Of a DNA stretch of 64,000 nt, positions 17,615-26,596 are shown in pieces; positions within the stretch are counted from its first letter, which is position 1; each line of letters opens with the position of its first letter. The position numbers were made by a program, and so were the translations under genes. The notes beneath the pieces were generated by a model. It searched no databases. It was not told the DNA's origin and saw only the letters and a list, made by a program, of their open reading frames with translations. The stretch spans positions 2,560,001 to 2,624,000 of the forward strand of contig CAXXKJ010000002.1 of assembly GCA_963675295.2 (NCBI GenBank). Direction: 5' to 3'. This DNA is from a bacterium. Its GTDB lineage: Bacteria; Electryoneota; Electryoneia; Electryoneales; Electryoneaceae.

Positions 17615-18742
17615 TCAGAAGCGCTCTTTCTTCGCGTACATCCCGTGCAACCCTTCAGTGCAATTGGCGCACATTGGCGGGCGTTCGCCGGTGAGGATGC
17701 GTTGCCGGAATGCACGGAAGGCGTCTGATCGCCAAACCGCCGGGAAACCGGCATCGTGGGCGTTCCCGATGACAAACTCACCGTCCTTGTCGAAACAGCA
17801 GGGCACCACGGTCCCATCCCACTGCACCACCGCGCTGCCGTAAATGCGGGCACAGAAGGGCCGTTCCGCACGTTTCAGCACCCAGCGATCCTCTTTCAGC
17901 ACATAGCGCCGCAGTTTCGGATCGTCCGGCAGCCAGCGCTCGCCTTCTTCCTTTTCGAACGCTTCCAGTTGCGCTGTCTTGAACACCAGCTCGTTGGCGC
18001 CCCATTCACGCGCGAGGCGCAACGCGTCGTCGCGTTCGTGCAGGTTGTGCTTGAAAAGCAGGAACTGCCACTGCAGCACGGGGAATTTGCGGTTCAGCTT
18101 GCGTTTGATCTCGGCGACATTACGCACACCGCGTTCGACTCGATCCCATTTGCCGCCGACACGATACTGCACGTGACTTTCCGCGGATGCGCCGTCCAGC
18201 GACAGGATCAGCGTGTGCAGCCCGGAGCGGACAATCGCTTCGGCTGTGCGTGGGTTGGCGAGTGCTTCGACGTTGGTTGAGAGGATGACCCGGCTGCCAG
18301 ACGCGGTCGCGTGGCGGATGATGCCCGGAGTATCCGGATGGACCAGCGGTTCGCCCTGATTCCACAGCTGCAGCCGAATTGGGGCGGGGTGGATGCTGTC
18401 CCAGAGTGTGCGAAACTTCTCCAGTGTCATGCGTCCGCCGGGCCGGCCCAGTTCACCACGGCCGGTCGGGCAGTGCGGACACTTGAGTTGGCAGGCGGTG
18501 GTCGGTTCCAGCATCAGCATCGTCGGCGATCCCCACACCTTCGCGCGCCGGGTGACGGCTGTCGCGGCAACGGCTGCGGTGATCCTGCCGAGGTTGATGA
18601 GTTGCGGGAAAGTGATCAGCTTGATCGGATTGAGGGGGACGAGTTCATGCCAGCGTATCCGGGTACGTGACGCGGTCCGGACAGAGGTGGCGGTGCCATT
18701 GGATGTTTCGCGGGAAACGGTTGACAGTTCAGTTGACTTCAA
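17615..18742 (-). CDS. radical SAM protein with SPASM/twitch domain
   Basis: CQLKCPHC; NQGEP; C-terminal C..DGTVVPCC..C..C. Confidence 0.9.
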   Translation of the reverse strand: MKSTELSTVSRETSNGTATSVRTASRTRIRWHELVPLNPIKLITFPQLINLGRITAAVAATAVTRRAKVWGSPTMLMLEPTTACQLKCPHCPTGRGELGRPGGRMTLEKFRTLWDSIHPAPIRLQLWNQGEPLVHPDTPGIIRHATASGSRVILSTNVEALANPRTAEAIVRSGLHTLILSLDGASAESHVQYRVGGKWDRVERGVRNVAEIKRKLNRKFPVLQWQFLLFKHNLHERDDALRLAREWGANELVFKTAQLEAFEKEEGERWLPDDPKLRRYVLKEDRWVLKRAERPFCARIYGSAVVQWDGTVVPCCFDKDGEFVIGNAHDAGFPAVWRSDAFRAFRQRILTGERPPMCANCTEGLHGMYAKKERF

Positions 18743-19535
18743 TGAACTCCACCTCGTACAAACGTGGCCACAGCTTGCCAGTCAGATAAATCTGGCCGGT
18801 CTTATGGTTGATCGCGATTCCGTTCAACACATCCGGCTTACGGATCGTGTTCACGTCCAGCAGGCCTTCGAGATACATCCACGCGACCACTTCGCCGGTT
18901 TCCGGGTCGATCTTCGCGATCAGGTCGGACGGGATCACGTTGGCGTAGATGAACCCGTCGATGTATTCCAGCTCATTCAACCCGCGTACGCCACCGACAG
19001 CATCCCATACTGGCAGGGTGTGGGTGATGCGGAATGTTACCGGGTCACGGAAGTCGATCTCGGATGTCCCATTGCTCATGATCAGCTCCGTGCCATCATC
19101 CGTCAACCCCCAGCCTTCGCCCTGGTAACGGAATTCGCCGACCCGTTCTAAGGTATCCGCGTCATACAGATGCGCGATCCCCGCTCGCCAGGTCAGTTGG
19201 ATAATCCTCCCGTTGAACAGGGTGATGCCTTCACCGAACTGATCCTTCGGAACGTCCACCTGTTTCAGCACTTCACCCGTTTCGAGATCCACGATACGTA
19301 AGGTGGATTCATTAAACTGGCCGGTGCTCTCGTACATAACACCGTCGTGAATCAGCAGGCCCTGAGTGTAGGCGGTTGTGTCGTGTGGGTAGCTGTTGAG
19401 CACGTCATAGGTGTACACCGGCGCGCCGCGGAACGTGCCCGGAATACCGTTCTGCGCATGGGACGTACCCGGATTGATGATCATGCCCAGGCAGAAGAAG
19501 AGTATCAGCGAAACAAATCGTGTCCAGAGGTTCAT
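18729..19535 (-). CDS. glutaminyl-peptide cyclotransferase (plant/bacterial beta-propeller type)
   Basis: YTQGL, YESTG, FGEGI, QLTW, EGWGLT, LNELE, VLNGIA, TGKLW; signal peptide. Confidence 0.95.
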   Translation of the reverse strand: MNLWTRFVSLILFFCLGMIINPGTSHAQNGIPGTFRGAPVYTYDVLNSYPHDTTAYTQGLLIHDGVMYESTGQFNESTLRIVDLETGEVLKQVDVPKDQFGEGITLFNGRIIQLTWRAGIAHLYDADTLERVGEFRYQGEGWGLTDDGTELIMSNGTSEIDFRDPVTFRITHTLPVWDAVGGVRGLNELEYIDGFIYANVIPSDLIAKIDPETGEVVAWMYLEGLLDVNTIRKPDVLNGIAINHKTGQIYLTGKLWPRLYEVEFIEVN

Positions 19536-19547
19536 GACCGTTCCGGC

Positions 19548-20696
19548 TTAACGCGTTGCCATGCGTTGTTGAAGTTTCCAACGATTGGCCAATTCGGTCA
19601 ACCGTTCGTCCGCATGCTCGAAAAACATCTTCATCGACGTACAGAAGTGGTTGCTACCATGGTCGGCGGGGTCATGCCGACGGTCCTTGGTGCAGCCGCC
19701 ATAACAGTATTTCAGCCATTTGCAGTTCGTGCACTCCGGTGGAAGATCCGCCTTCATTCTGCCGAATTCACGTTGCCGTGGTGAATTCAGCATCTCGATC
19801 AAGCGGTCCTGCATGATGTTGCCTAGCTTCCACTCCGGCTCGACGAAAAAGTCGCAGGAGAAGACGTCCCCATTGTATTCGACAACGGTGTAGCTGCCGC
19901 ATTCCGGCTGCAAATTGCAATCCGGCGGTTCCGCACCAACGTACGAATGGAACACGGAATCGAAGAAGCGGACTGTGGTGTTTTTCTTGCTGTGCTGAAA
20001 ATCGTGATACCACAGGTCGAAGACAGTCTTAAGAAATTCGCCGTATTCGTCCGCACCCACAGACCACGGGGCGGTTTTGGACGGATCATTCGGATCGAGC
20101 TCGACGCACGGAATGAACTGCATGTAGGTCAGTCCGAGGTCGCGCAGGTAGGTATAAATCTCTTCGGCGTGCTGCACCGAATAGTCGGTTACGACCGTCA
20201 GCGCGTTCGTCGCGACACCGCGATCAAGCAGCAGCTTGGCGGCGTCGGTGACGTTCTGCCACGAGCCCTTCGTCGGACTTTGGTGTCGGTAGTGGTCGTG
20301 AACGTGCTTCGGGCCGTCCAGCGACAGGCCGACGAGGAATTTGTACTTGTCGAGAAACGCAGCCCACTTGCGTCCGATCAGCATTCCGTTGGTCTGCAGG
20401 CCGTTGCCGACGATCTGGCCGCGTCCATACTGCTGCTGAAAGTCGACCGCTTTTTGGAAGAAGGGGATACCCATCAACGTCGGTTCGCCGCCCTGCCAGC
20501 CGAATGTGACCTGGCGGGTGCCGTCGCGCATCACCTGCCTGACCAGTTCCTCGAGCACTTCCTCACGCATCCGGTGCCGCTGATGGTCCTTGAACAGCTC
20601 CGCTTTCTTCAAGTAAAAGCAGTAGCTGCAGGCCATGTTACAGTCAGGGCCGGCGGGTTTGACGAGGACGGCTTGCAGGGGACGGCGAAGGGACAT
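19548..20696 (-). CDS. anaerobic sulfatase maturase (anSME-type radical SAM/SPASM)
   Basis: KPAGPDCNMACSYCFY, WQGGEPTL, QTNG, GDVFSCD, CxxC..CYGGC..R..FC. Confidence 0.9.
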   Translation of the reverse strand: MSLRRPLQAVLVKPAGPDCNMACSYCFYLKKAELFKDHQRHRMREEVLEELVRQVMRDGTRQVTFGWQGGEPTLMGIPFFQKAVDFQQQYGRGQIVGNGLQTNGMLIGRKWAAFLDKYKFLVGLSLDGPKHVHDHYRHQSPTKGSWQNVTDAAKLLLDRGVATNALTVVTDYSVQHAEEIYTYLRDLGLTYMQFIPCVELDPNDPSKTAPWSVGADEYGEFLKTVFDLWYHDFQHSKKNTTVRFFDSVFHSYVGAEPPDCNLQPECGSYTVVEYNGDVFSCDFFVEPEWKLGNIMQDRLIEMLNSPRQREFGRMKADLPPECTNCKWLKYCYGGCTKDRRHDPADHGSNHFCTSMKMFFEHADERLTELANRWKLQQRMATR

Positions 20697-20823
20697 GGAG
20701 ATGACGCTTCGTTGTTAACAGTTCCGTGCTGGAAGATACACCATCGGAACGGGGGAGAGTTCCGCTGTGAGCGTGAATCAGGCAAATCTCCGGGGGAAAA
20801 TCAGGAAACAGCAGGGTGGTGGC

Positions 20824-22632
20824 TCACTCTTCGAGCTCAACCACCACCGTGCTGGGAAGAATGCAGCGGAAACCGATTGTTGAGGCGTACCAACTGGCCG
20901 GATATGCCGTCTCCGGCGGGACTTCCTCAATCAGATCAACTGGCGTGGAGAACGCACCCCCGACGGCAAGGCGTCCATCCGGCGGAACCTTGTCCTGCAC
21001 CCATTCGGAGGCGTTCCCGATCAAATGCACCATGGTCGTTGGGTTGATGACCAGGCCAAGGCCGGGTGCCATCCAGCTGAAGCCGTCCTGCGGGCCTAGC
21101 AGGTTGGCGTATTCACGCGAGTTGATAATCCCACCCGACAGCAGGTCGATCGCCTGCGTGAAGATCTCCTTGCTCGGAAGCCGGAAACCGCCGTTGGGAT
21201 TGACCACAGCGCCAGTATCATCGTACGCCGGCTCAAGCCCGAGTGATTCGGAACGCCAGTTGCAGAAGTCGATCGCGTCCTGCCAGGTTACCATGACCGC
21301 TGGCATGTTGTTACGCTGACTCCAGAACCCACCGGACGCATGATCCGGTTCTTCCGGCAGTTGCCGTTCGGTTTCTTCACAGAAACGTGAATACTCGGCT
21401 GCGGAAACCTCGTCGGCGTCCACGAACCACGATTCACCATTCGGCAAGTCCATCTGCATCATGCCATACGCGACCGTGCGCACAGCCTGCGAAACGGCTT
21501 CAGAAATGGCTTCATCACCGAGGCTGTTCGCACTGATGATGCGGTACGATACATTCAACCCACGGCGGGGCAGATAGTCGGTATAGGTGTTGACATCGGC
21601 GGGTAGCTCGGCAATCGTCTCAAAGTCGCCGCCGTTGATCGAACGTTGCACGAAATACGTGGTCGTAATCGGTGCCGGTTCGTCCCATGTCAGCCCGACG
21701 ACGAGGTCTTCGACCTTATCAACCTGCAGGTTTTCGACGGTGTTCATCTGCAGTCGCGCGGACACAACTTCGCTGTAGTCGCCGATGTTTTCGCCCGCCA
21801 TGCCGCGCACCCGGTAGAAGGTGGTGCGGTCGAAGTCGACGTTTTCATCGACCCAGAAGGTGTCGCCGTACGCCACATCGAAGTACATCGTGTCGAGGCC
21901 TTCCAACTTTTGCACCTCGTACTTGTGTGGCCAGTCGGTCGGCGGTGTCCAGTTCAACTGGATACTGTGGTCGCTTAGCGCGCGCACATACGGACGTGTC
22001 GGCGGCGGGAAGGACAGGTACACCGTGTCCGCCACGGACGGTTCGCTGCGGTTGAAATCAGAAACGTAGAACAAGCGGAACAGCTGTGGTTTGAACGTTT
22101 CCAGGTTCTCCACGCGCACGGTGGTGTCACCCGAGGTGATGCTGCCAACGACGTTATAAACGCCCTTGACTCGCATCTCAACGTCGATGTGGCCTTCCCA
22201 CTGCAAGCTGTCCTGCGGTGCGGTAACGACAACCTGGTCGATACCATCACGTGTCACCAGCGGCGGGGCGGGCGGAGGAAGGTCGAATCGTGCTTCGTGT
22301 TCACCGCCGTACTCGTCCAGGTACCAGACCGGTTTCGGACGCAGGCGGTAGATGTAGTTGGTGTTGACGGTCAGACTGTCATCGAGGTACTCGTTCTCAT
22401 CCTCGAACTCAGCGATTGGCTTGAAATACTTAGCGTCGCCAATTTTGCGTTCGAGAACGACGGTATAGCGCGGACGATCCCACTCGAGCAGCAGCTGATG
22501 ATCAGACAGCCACTCGGATGTGATTGCCAGCGACTGATTGCCGCCCTCGTCGGCTGCTACTGCGGAGCCCGAGGGGAACAAACAGAGGAGACAAAGACTC
22601 AGCAGCAATATCGCGCTGAACTGTCTCATCAT
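20824..22632 (-). CDS. secreted FN3-repeat protein with C-terminal FGE/SUMF1-fold domain
   Basis: Signal peptide; FN3 motifs (LNW..YRVRG, LTW..YRI); EVS..Y..F, PAVMVTWQDAIDFCNW, FRLPS, GNASEW, GFRC. Confidence 0.85.
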   Translation of the reverse strand: MMRQFSAILLLSLCLLCLFPSGSAVAADEGGNQSLAITSEWLSDHQLLLEWDRPRYTVVLERKIGDAKYFKPIAEFEDENEYLDDSLTVNTNYIYRLRPKPVWYLDEYGGEHEARFDLPPPAPPLVTRDGIDQVVVTAPQDSLQWEGHIDVEMRVKGVYNVVGSITSGDTTVRVENLETFKPQLFRLFYVSDFNRSEPSVADTVYLSFPPPTRPYVRALSDHSIQLNWTPPTDWPHKYEVQKLEGLDTMYFDVAYGDTFWVDENVDFDRTTFYRVRGMAGENIGDYSEVVSARLQMNTVENLQVDKVEDLVVGLTWDEPAPITTTYFVQRSINGGDFETIAELPADVNTYTDYLPRRGLNVSYRIISANSLGDEAISEAVSQAVRTVAYGMMQMDLPNGESWFVDADEVSAAEYSRFCEETERQLPEEPDHASGGFWSQRNNMPAVMVTWQDAIDFCNWRSESLGLEPAYDDTGAVVNPNGGFRLPSKEIFTQAIDLLSGGIINSREYANLLGPQDGFSWMAPGLGLVINPTTMVHLIGNASEWVQDKVPPDGRLAVGGAFSTPVDLIEEVPPETAYPASWYASTIGFRCILPSTVVVELEE

Positions 22633-23915
22633 CGGGTGCCCTCACGCCTGACACAACGGAAACCGACGTACTGGTAACGTTCATGCGGGAAGCGCGTTGC
22701 CCGCCGGTTTAACTGCACATTTGCCGGCGGATCGAGGTAGCTGCCACCCTTGATGACAAAGCGGACGGTGGTGTCGACTTCTTCTTCAGCCGCTTGCGGA
22801 CCGACGTTGATCACGTTCAAGCTGTCCGCACCCGTCGAATCCGGAAGTAAAGATTGTTCGCCGACCAGGTTCGGGTTTTCATACTCGGCAGTTTCTTCGT
22901 CCATGGTTGGTTGCGCACGGACTTTGAAGTTCGTCAGTGTCCATTCGGACACGTTCCCGGCCATATCGTACAACCCGGTCGGAGTGATCGAGCTGGGATA
23001 ACTCCGCACATTTTCAGGCGCGCCAATCCGAGTTACATCCAACAGGTTGGCCTGGATCGAATCTGGCTTCGTCTGACCCCACGGATAGAACATGGTCAGG
23101 TCGTTGTCGTCGTAGCTGCCGAGGCAGGCGAGAATCCACTCTTCTTCGGTCGGCAGACTCTTACCAACCGACTGGGAATAGGCGAATGCACCGAACCAGC
23201 TGACAAAGCTCACGGGCAGGTCTTCGCGGCCTTCATCCGCCACGAAGACACCGTCCTCGACCTCGGTGATATACATCCGTTCGTCGAAGAAGACCCGGTT
23301 TTCGTAACCACTGGAAAGGAAGTCCGCGAACTCAGCGTTCGTAACTTCGTTTTCGTCAATGTAGAAACCGTTCGTCCACGCGACTTCCTGCTCCGTGTCG
23401 CGGAACTTGCGGAGTGGATCCGGCAGCGGTCCCGCTGAAATCCACTTCATGTTCGCTGGCGCCATCATTGCCGGTGGGGGCGTCATCACCTGGCCGTAAA
23501 TCGGCATGCCGAGACTGTCGACCATGACCGAATCGGGCATGGTTCCGAATCCACCCAACGAGTCCTGCATCAATGAATCCGGCATCATCATGTCCATCAT
23601 CATTGTATCAGACATCGTGGTGTCCGCCATCATCGAATCAGCGTCCATCGGTTCGGTGTCTTCGTCAAACATCTCGAACACGTCGGGGGCGAGGCTGTCG
23701 CCCGGCTGCTCTTCGAACATCATCATGGTATCGGCAGCCGTCCCAGTGGTGTCCGGTTCCTGCGCGAGGATGCCAGGAGCTGTTCCGAACAGCAGGATCA
23801 CGGCCGCCAGCAGCGACACGCCGGCGGTCAAACGTACCGGCCCGGTGTTTCGGCTCATGCGCATGGTTCGACTCTCTACCATCATGGTCGTCTTCGTGCG
23901 TTTCAAATGGCTCAC
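22629..23915 (-). CDS. exported FGE/SUMF1-fold protein with Met/Asp-rich N-terminal linker
   Basis: FYIDENEVTN, PVSFVSW, LPTEEEW, YPWG, GLYDMAGNVSEW, KGGSY, GFRC; start uncertain. Confidence 0.85.
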   Translation of the reverse strand: MSHLKRTKTTMMVESRTMRMSRNTGPVRLTAGVSLLAAVILLFGTAPGILAQEPDTTGTAADTMMMFEEQPGDSLAPDVFEMFDEDTEPMDADSMMADTTMSDTMMMDMMMPDSLMQDSLGGFGTMPDSVMVDSLGMPIYGQVMTPPPAMMAPANMKWISAGPLPDPLRKFRDTEQEVAWTNGFYIDENEVTNAEFADFLSSGYENRVFFDERMYITEVEDGVFVADEGREDLPVSFVSWFGAFAYSQSVGKSLPTEEEWILACLGSYDDNDLTMFYPWGQTKPDSIQANLLDVTRIGAPENVRSYPSSITPTGLYDMAGNVSEWTLTNFKVRAQPTMDEETAEYENPNLVGEQSLLPDSTGADSLNVINVGPQAAEEEVDTTVRFVIKGGSYLDPPANVQLNRRATRFPHERYQYVGFRCVRREGTR

Positions 23916-24844
23916 TGGGCGGGATCTCCTCCGCCAGGCTCAGGTTCCGTGTTCGTCGTATCCACACCGGCGGCAGCGCCTGCTGGATCCGGCGACTCAT
24001 CTTCGGCAGGCGTTGTTTCCGCCTCTGCGCCACCAGTCTGATCCTCGGGCTGTGCAATGGCTTCACCCGTTCCGGGCTCGGTCGTCGCCGCATCCGGCGT
24101 CATCATCGTGTCCGGTGCAATCGTGGTCGTTCCGGAGGTAGCATCATCAAGTGGAATGCCAACGCCCGGGAAGACCGGCGAATCCATGTCTTCCTGCGAA
24201 ACGAGCACGGGTACGTAAACCGTATCCGTAGTCAGCTCACGGATATACACCTTGAGCAAGTCATAGTTCAGCAGGGTATCGGCGATACCGGACGGGCTAC
24301 CCGCGGAATACCGCATGTCCTCTTCGGAGTAGTTCCAGAGGGTCAGCGTCGCGACATCCCTGTCCTTGGTAATGCGGAACAGTCCCTGGATGTAATTCCC
24401 GGTGTAGTAGTACTGCACACCCTTGACAACGGTTGCGAGAATGCCAGCGAACGGCGATTCGAGCACACGCGCGTCTTCCTGAATCTGGGTGACATTCAGC
24501 GTCGGAGCGGAATACGTCTTGTTTTCCTCGAACTCGTACAAGTTGAGGATCGACCGTTCCGTCTCGTTGATCTCGAGCAACGGGAACACTCGTTCCTGCG
24601 GATAGACGATCATCAGATCGCCCTGTCCGAAGCCGTTCCGGGTCACATCGATGAACTCGACAGAGTCAATCGCAATGGTGGGGCTGATCAACTGTCCCCG
24701 CCGGAACGTCTCAATGACTTCCGAATCAGCCACCTTGACCGAGTGGACTTCCTTCGGCTTCACTTCTTCATCCTGCGCCAGCAGGAGGGAGGAGGAGGCC
24801 AGAAGGAGCATGATGGCTATCAATCCCCCAAGCCTGCGCGTCAT
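23912..24844 (-). CDS. secreted hypothetical protein with acidic Thr/Pro-rich tail
   Basis: Signal peptide LLLA-QDE; 4-bp overlaps with both neighbours. Confidence 0.75.
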   Translation of the reverse strand: MTRRLGGLIAIMLLLASSSLLLAQDEEVKPKEVHSVKVADSEVIETFRRGQLISPTIAIDSVEFIDVTRNGFGQGDLMIVYPQERVFPLLEINETERSILNLYEFEENKTYSAPTLNVTQIQEDARVLESPFAGILATVVKGVQYYYTGNYIQGLFRITKDRDVATLTLWNYSEEDMRYSAGSPSGIADTLLNYDLLKVYIRELTTDTVYVPVLVSQEDMDSPVFPGVGIPLDDATSGTTTIAPDTMMTPDAATTEPGTGEAIAQPEDQTGGAEAETTPAEDESPDPAGAAAGVDTTNTEPEPGGGDPAQ

Positions 24845-26547
24845 CCTGTCTCCTCGAGCAAGTGGAAGTAGTGCTCAGCTCGGTTGAGATCGTTGAGATT
24901 TCGATATGCGGTGACAAGCAACTCGTAGAGGATTCGCCGGTCCGTAGGCGCAAGTTGGCTTGGCAGCTCCTGTGCGAGGGCTGCTTCACCGTAGCGCACC
25001 GCCCGTGTTGGATCCTGCTGGCTCATATTCGCCAGCGCCATCAGTGCGAACGCCTGATCCTTGTGCGGAAGCAGGGCGGACTGATAGTAGTAGACAAACG
25101 CTTTTTCACGTGTCCGGTCGTTCTTTTCAAGCCGGTTGGCGTAAATGGTTGCGAACGAGCCATACAGCTCGAGGACGCGTTCCATTTTGCCTGGCAGCTG
25201 GGTCAGCTGCGAGGTCATCAAGCGGCCGAAACCATCTTCGCCATTGTGAACCAGCAGCGTATCGAGGCTGGAGTCGATTTCGGTGTAGCCGACGCCGACC
25301 AGCATGTTGCGCAGACGGTCGAGCGCGGCTTCCGGTTCGTCGAGGTAACCGAAATCCAGCACCGCGGCCAGCGTATCCATCTCGAGCTGGGCGTTCCCGG
25401 CGACGAGGTCGTCACGAATCCCGCGGATTGCCTTCCGCGCTTCTTCGTGCTGGCCTTCGTTGATCATCTCGATGATCGGGATGCGAGCGGAGGCTGTGTA
25501 GATGTTGCCTTCGTCCCAGCCGATCCACTCGAGCATGTCCTTGGCGGTTGCGGCGAATACGGTGTCCGAAGGTACGCCGGGCCGGGCCATCGCCTGCAGC
25601 CGATTGGCATTGCTGATGAGGTCATTCCCCATCATCAGGTCCTGTTCGAGGTACATCTGTTCTCGAACGAGTAACAGCCAGTCGAGATACTCCAGGGAAT
25701 CCAGCTGGGTACGGCGTCTCAGCGGTTCGCCCGACAACCCGAACTGCGAGATCGGCGCCCAGGTCAGCAGCAGATCCTCTGACCGGCGGTACATGCGCAG
25801 GGCAGAAAGTGAATCCCCTTGCAGCATGTAGCGGTCACCCAGGTGCAGGGCGGTCAGGTAGTCGGATTGGTTGGTGCCGAACAGAATTTCTGTCTGTTCA
25901 ATCGCCTTGTCGAGGTTGTCGAGTGACTGGTGCAATTTCGCCAGGTCTTCCAACACTTCGATAAGACGGACACGTGACCAGTTGTCCCACGGGTTGTAGG
26001 TCAACGCTTCCTGCAGGAAGTCGCGAGCGGTTTCCAGGTGTCCGGCAGCCCGTTCGCGGATGGCGGGGCGGATGCGATCCAACTCCGTCATCGACAGGAC
26101 ATACACCGGTTCCCCGAGAATATCCTCGACGGCGACAATCTGCTCATCGACTTCGAGCGTAATCTCGAAGGCGCGCATGGTGTCGGCCGGATCCGGCGGA
26201 ATGTCAGGGGGAGTTGCACCCTTTTCCCAGAGTTCGACCAGCGGATGGCCTTGCGCGCGCACCTTTTCGGCTCGTTCGAAGTACGAACCGCTGATCGAGT
26301 CGGCCTCAGCGCCGACCATGACATGGCGGGCCGCTCGTGTTGCTTCACGTGCGACAGCCGTGTCAACCCCGGTGAATGCGACCAGGCTCAAGTCCATGGT
26401 ATCCGCCACGGATATGTCGCCGGGTTCCAGTGGCTCGGGCGGCGGTTCACGCCGTACCTCGCCTCCGGACGTGCAGCCATACATCCATAATGCAGCCAGG
26501 ATGAGGATGGCTGGGATCAGAGTTCGGAAGAATGCTGGTTGTTTCAT
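24841..26547 (-). CDS. TPR-like lipoprotein
   Basis: Lipobox WMYG-C; all-helical with TPR-like patterns; start placed at MKQPAFF. Confidence 0.75.
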   Translation of the reverse strand: MKQPAFFRTLIPAILILAALWMYGCTSGGEVRREPPPEPLEPGDISVADTMDLSLVAFTGVDTAVAREATRAARHVMVGAEADSISGSYFERAEKVRAQGHPLVELWEKGATPPDIPPDPADTMRAFEITLEVDEQIVAVEDILGEPVYVLSMTELDRIRPAIRERAAGHLETARDFLQEALTYNPWDNWSRVRLIEVLEDLAKLHQSLDNLDKAIEQTEILFGTNQSDYLTALHLGDRYMLQGDSLSALRMYRRSEDLLLTWAPISQFGLSGEPLRRRTQLDSLEYLDWLLLVREQMYLEQDLMMGNDLISNANRLQAMARPGVPSDTVFAATAKDMLEWIGWDEGNIYTASARIPIIEMINEGQHEEARKAIRGIRDDLVAGNAQLEMDTLAAVLDFGYLDEPEAALDRLRNMLVGVGYTEIDSSLDTLLVHNGEDGFGRLMTSQLTQLPGKMERVLELYGSFATIYANRLEKNDRTREKAFVYYYQSALLPHKDQAFALMALANMSQQDPTRAVRYGEAALAQELPSQLAPTDRRILYELLVTAYRNLNDLNRAEHYFHLLEETG

Positions 26548-26596
26548 CTCGCTCTCGCTGTGCGGGAACGTTCTGCCTGTTGTAGCATGGCGTTTT

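Noticed and set aside
19548-23915. Dual aerobic/anaerobic sulfatase maturation locus (FGE plus anSME)
   Set aside because: FGE-fold proteins lack catalytic Cys and are exported; no sulfatase in the window
20824-23915. DGR target genes (FGE/C-lectin fold)
   Set aside because: No reverse transcriptase and no template/variable repeat pair seen in the window
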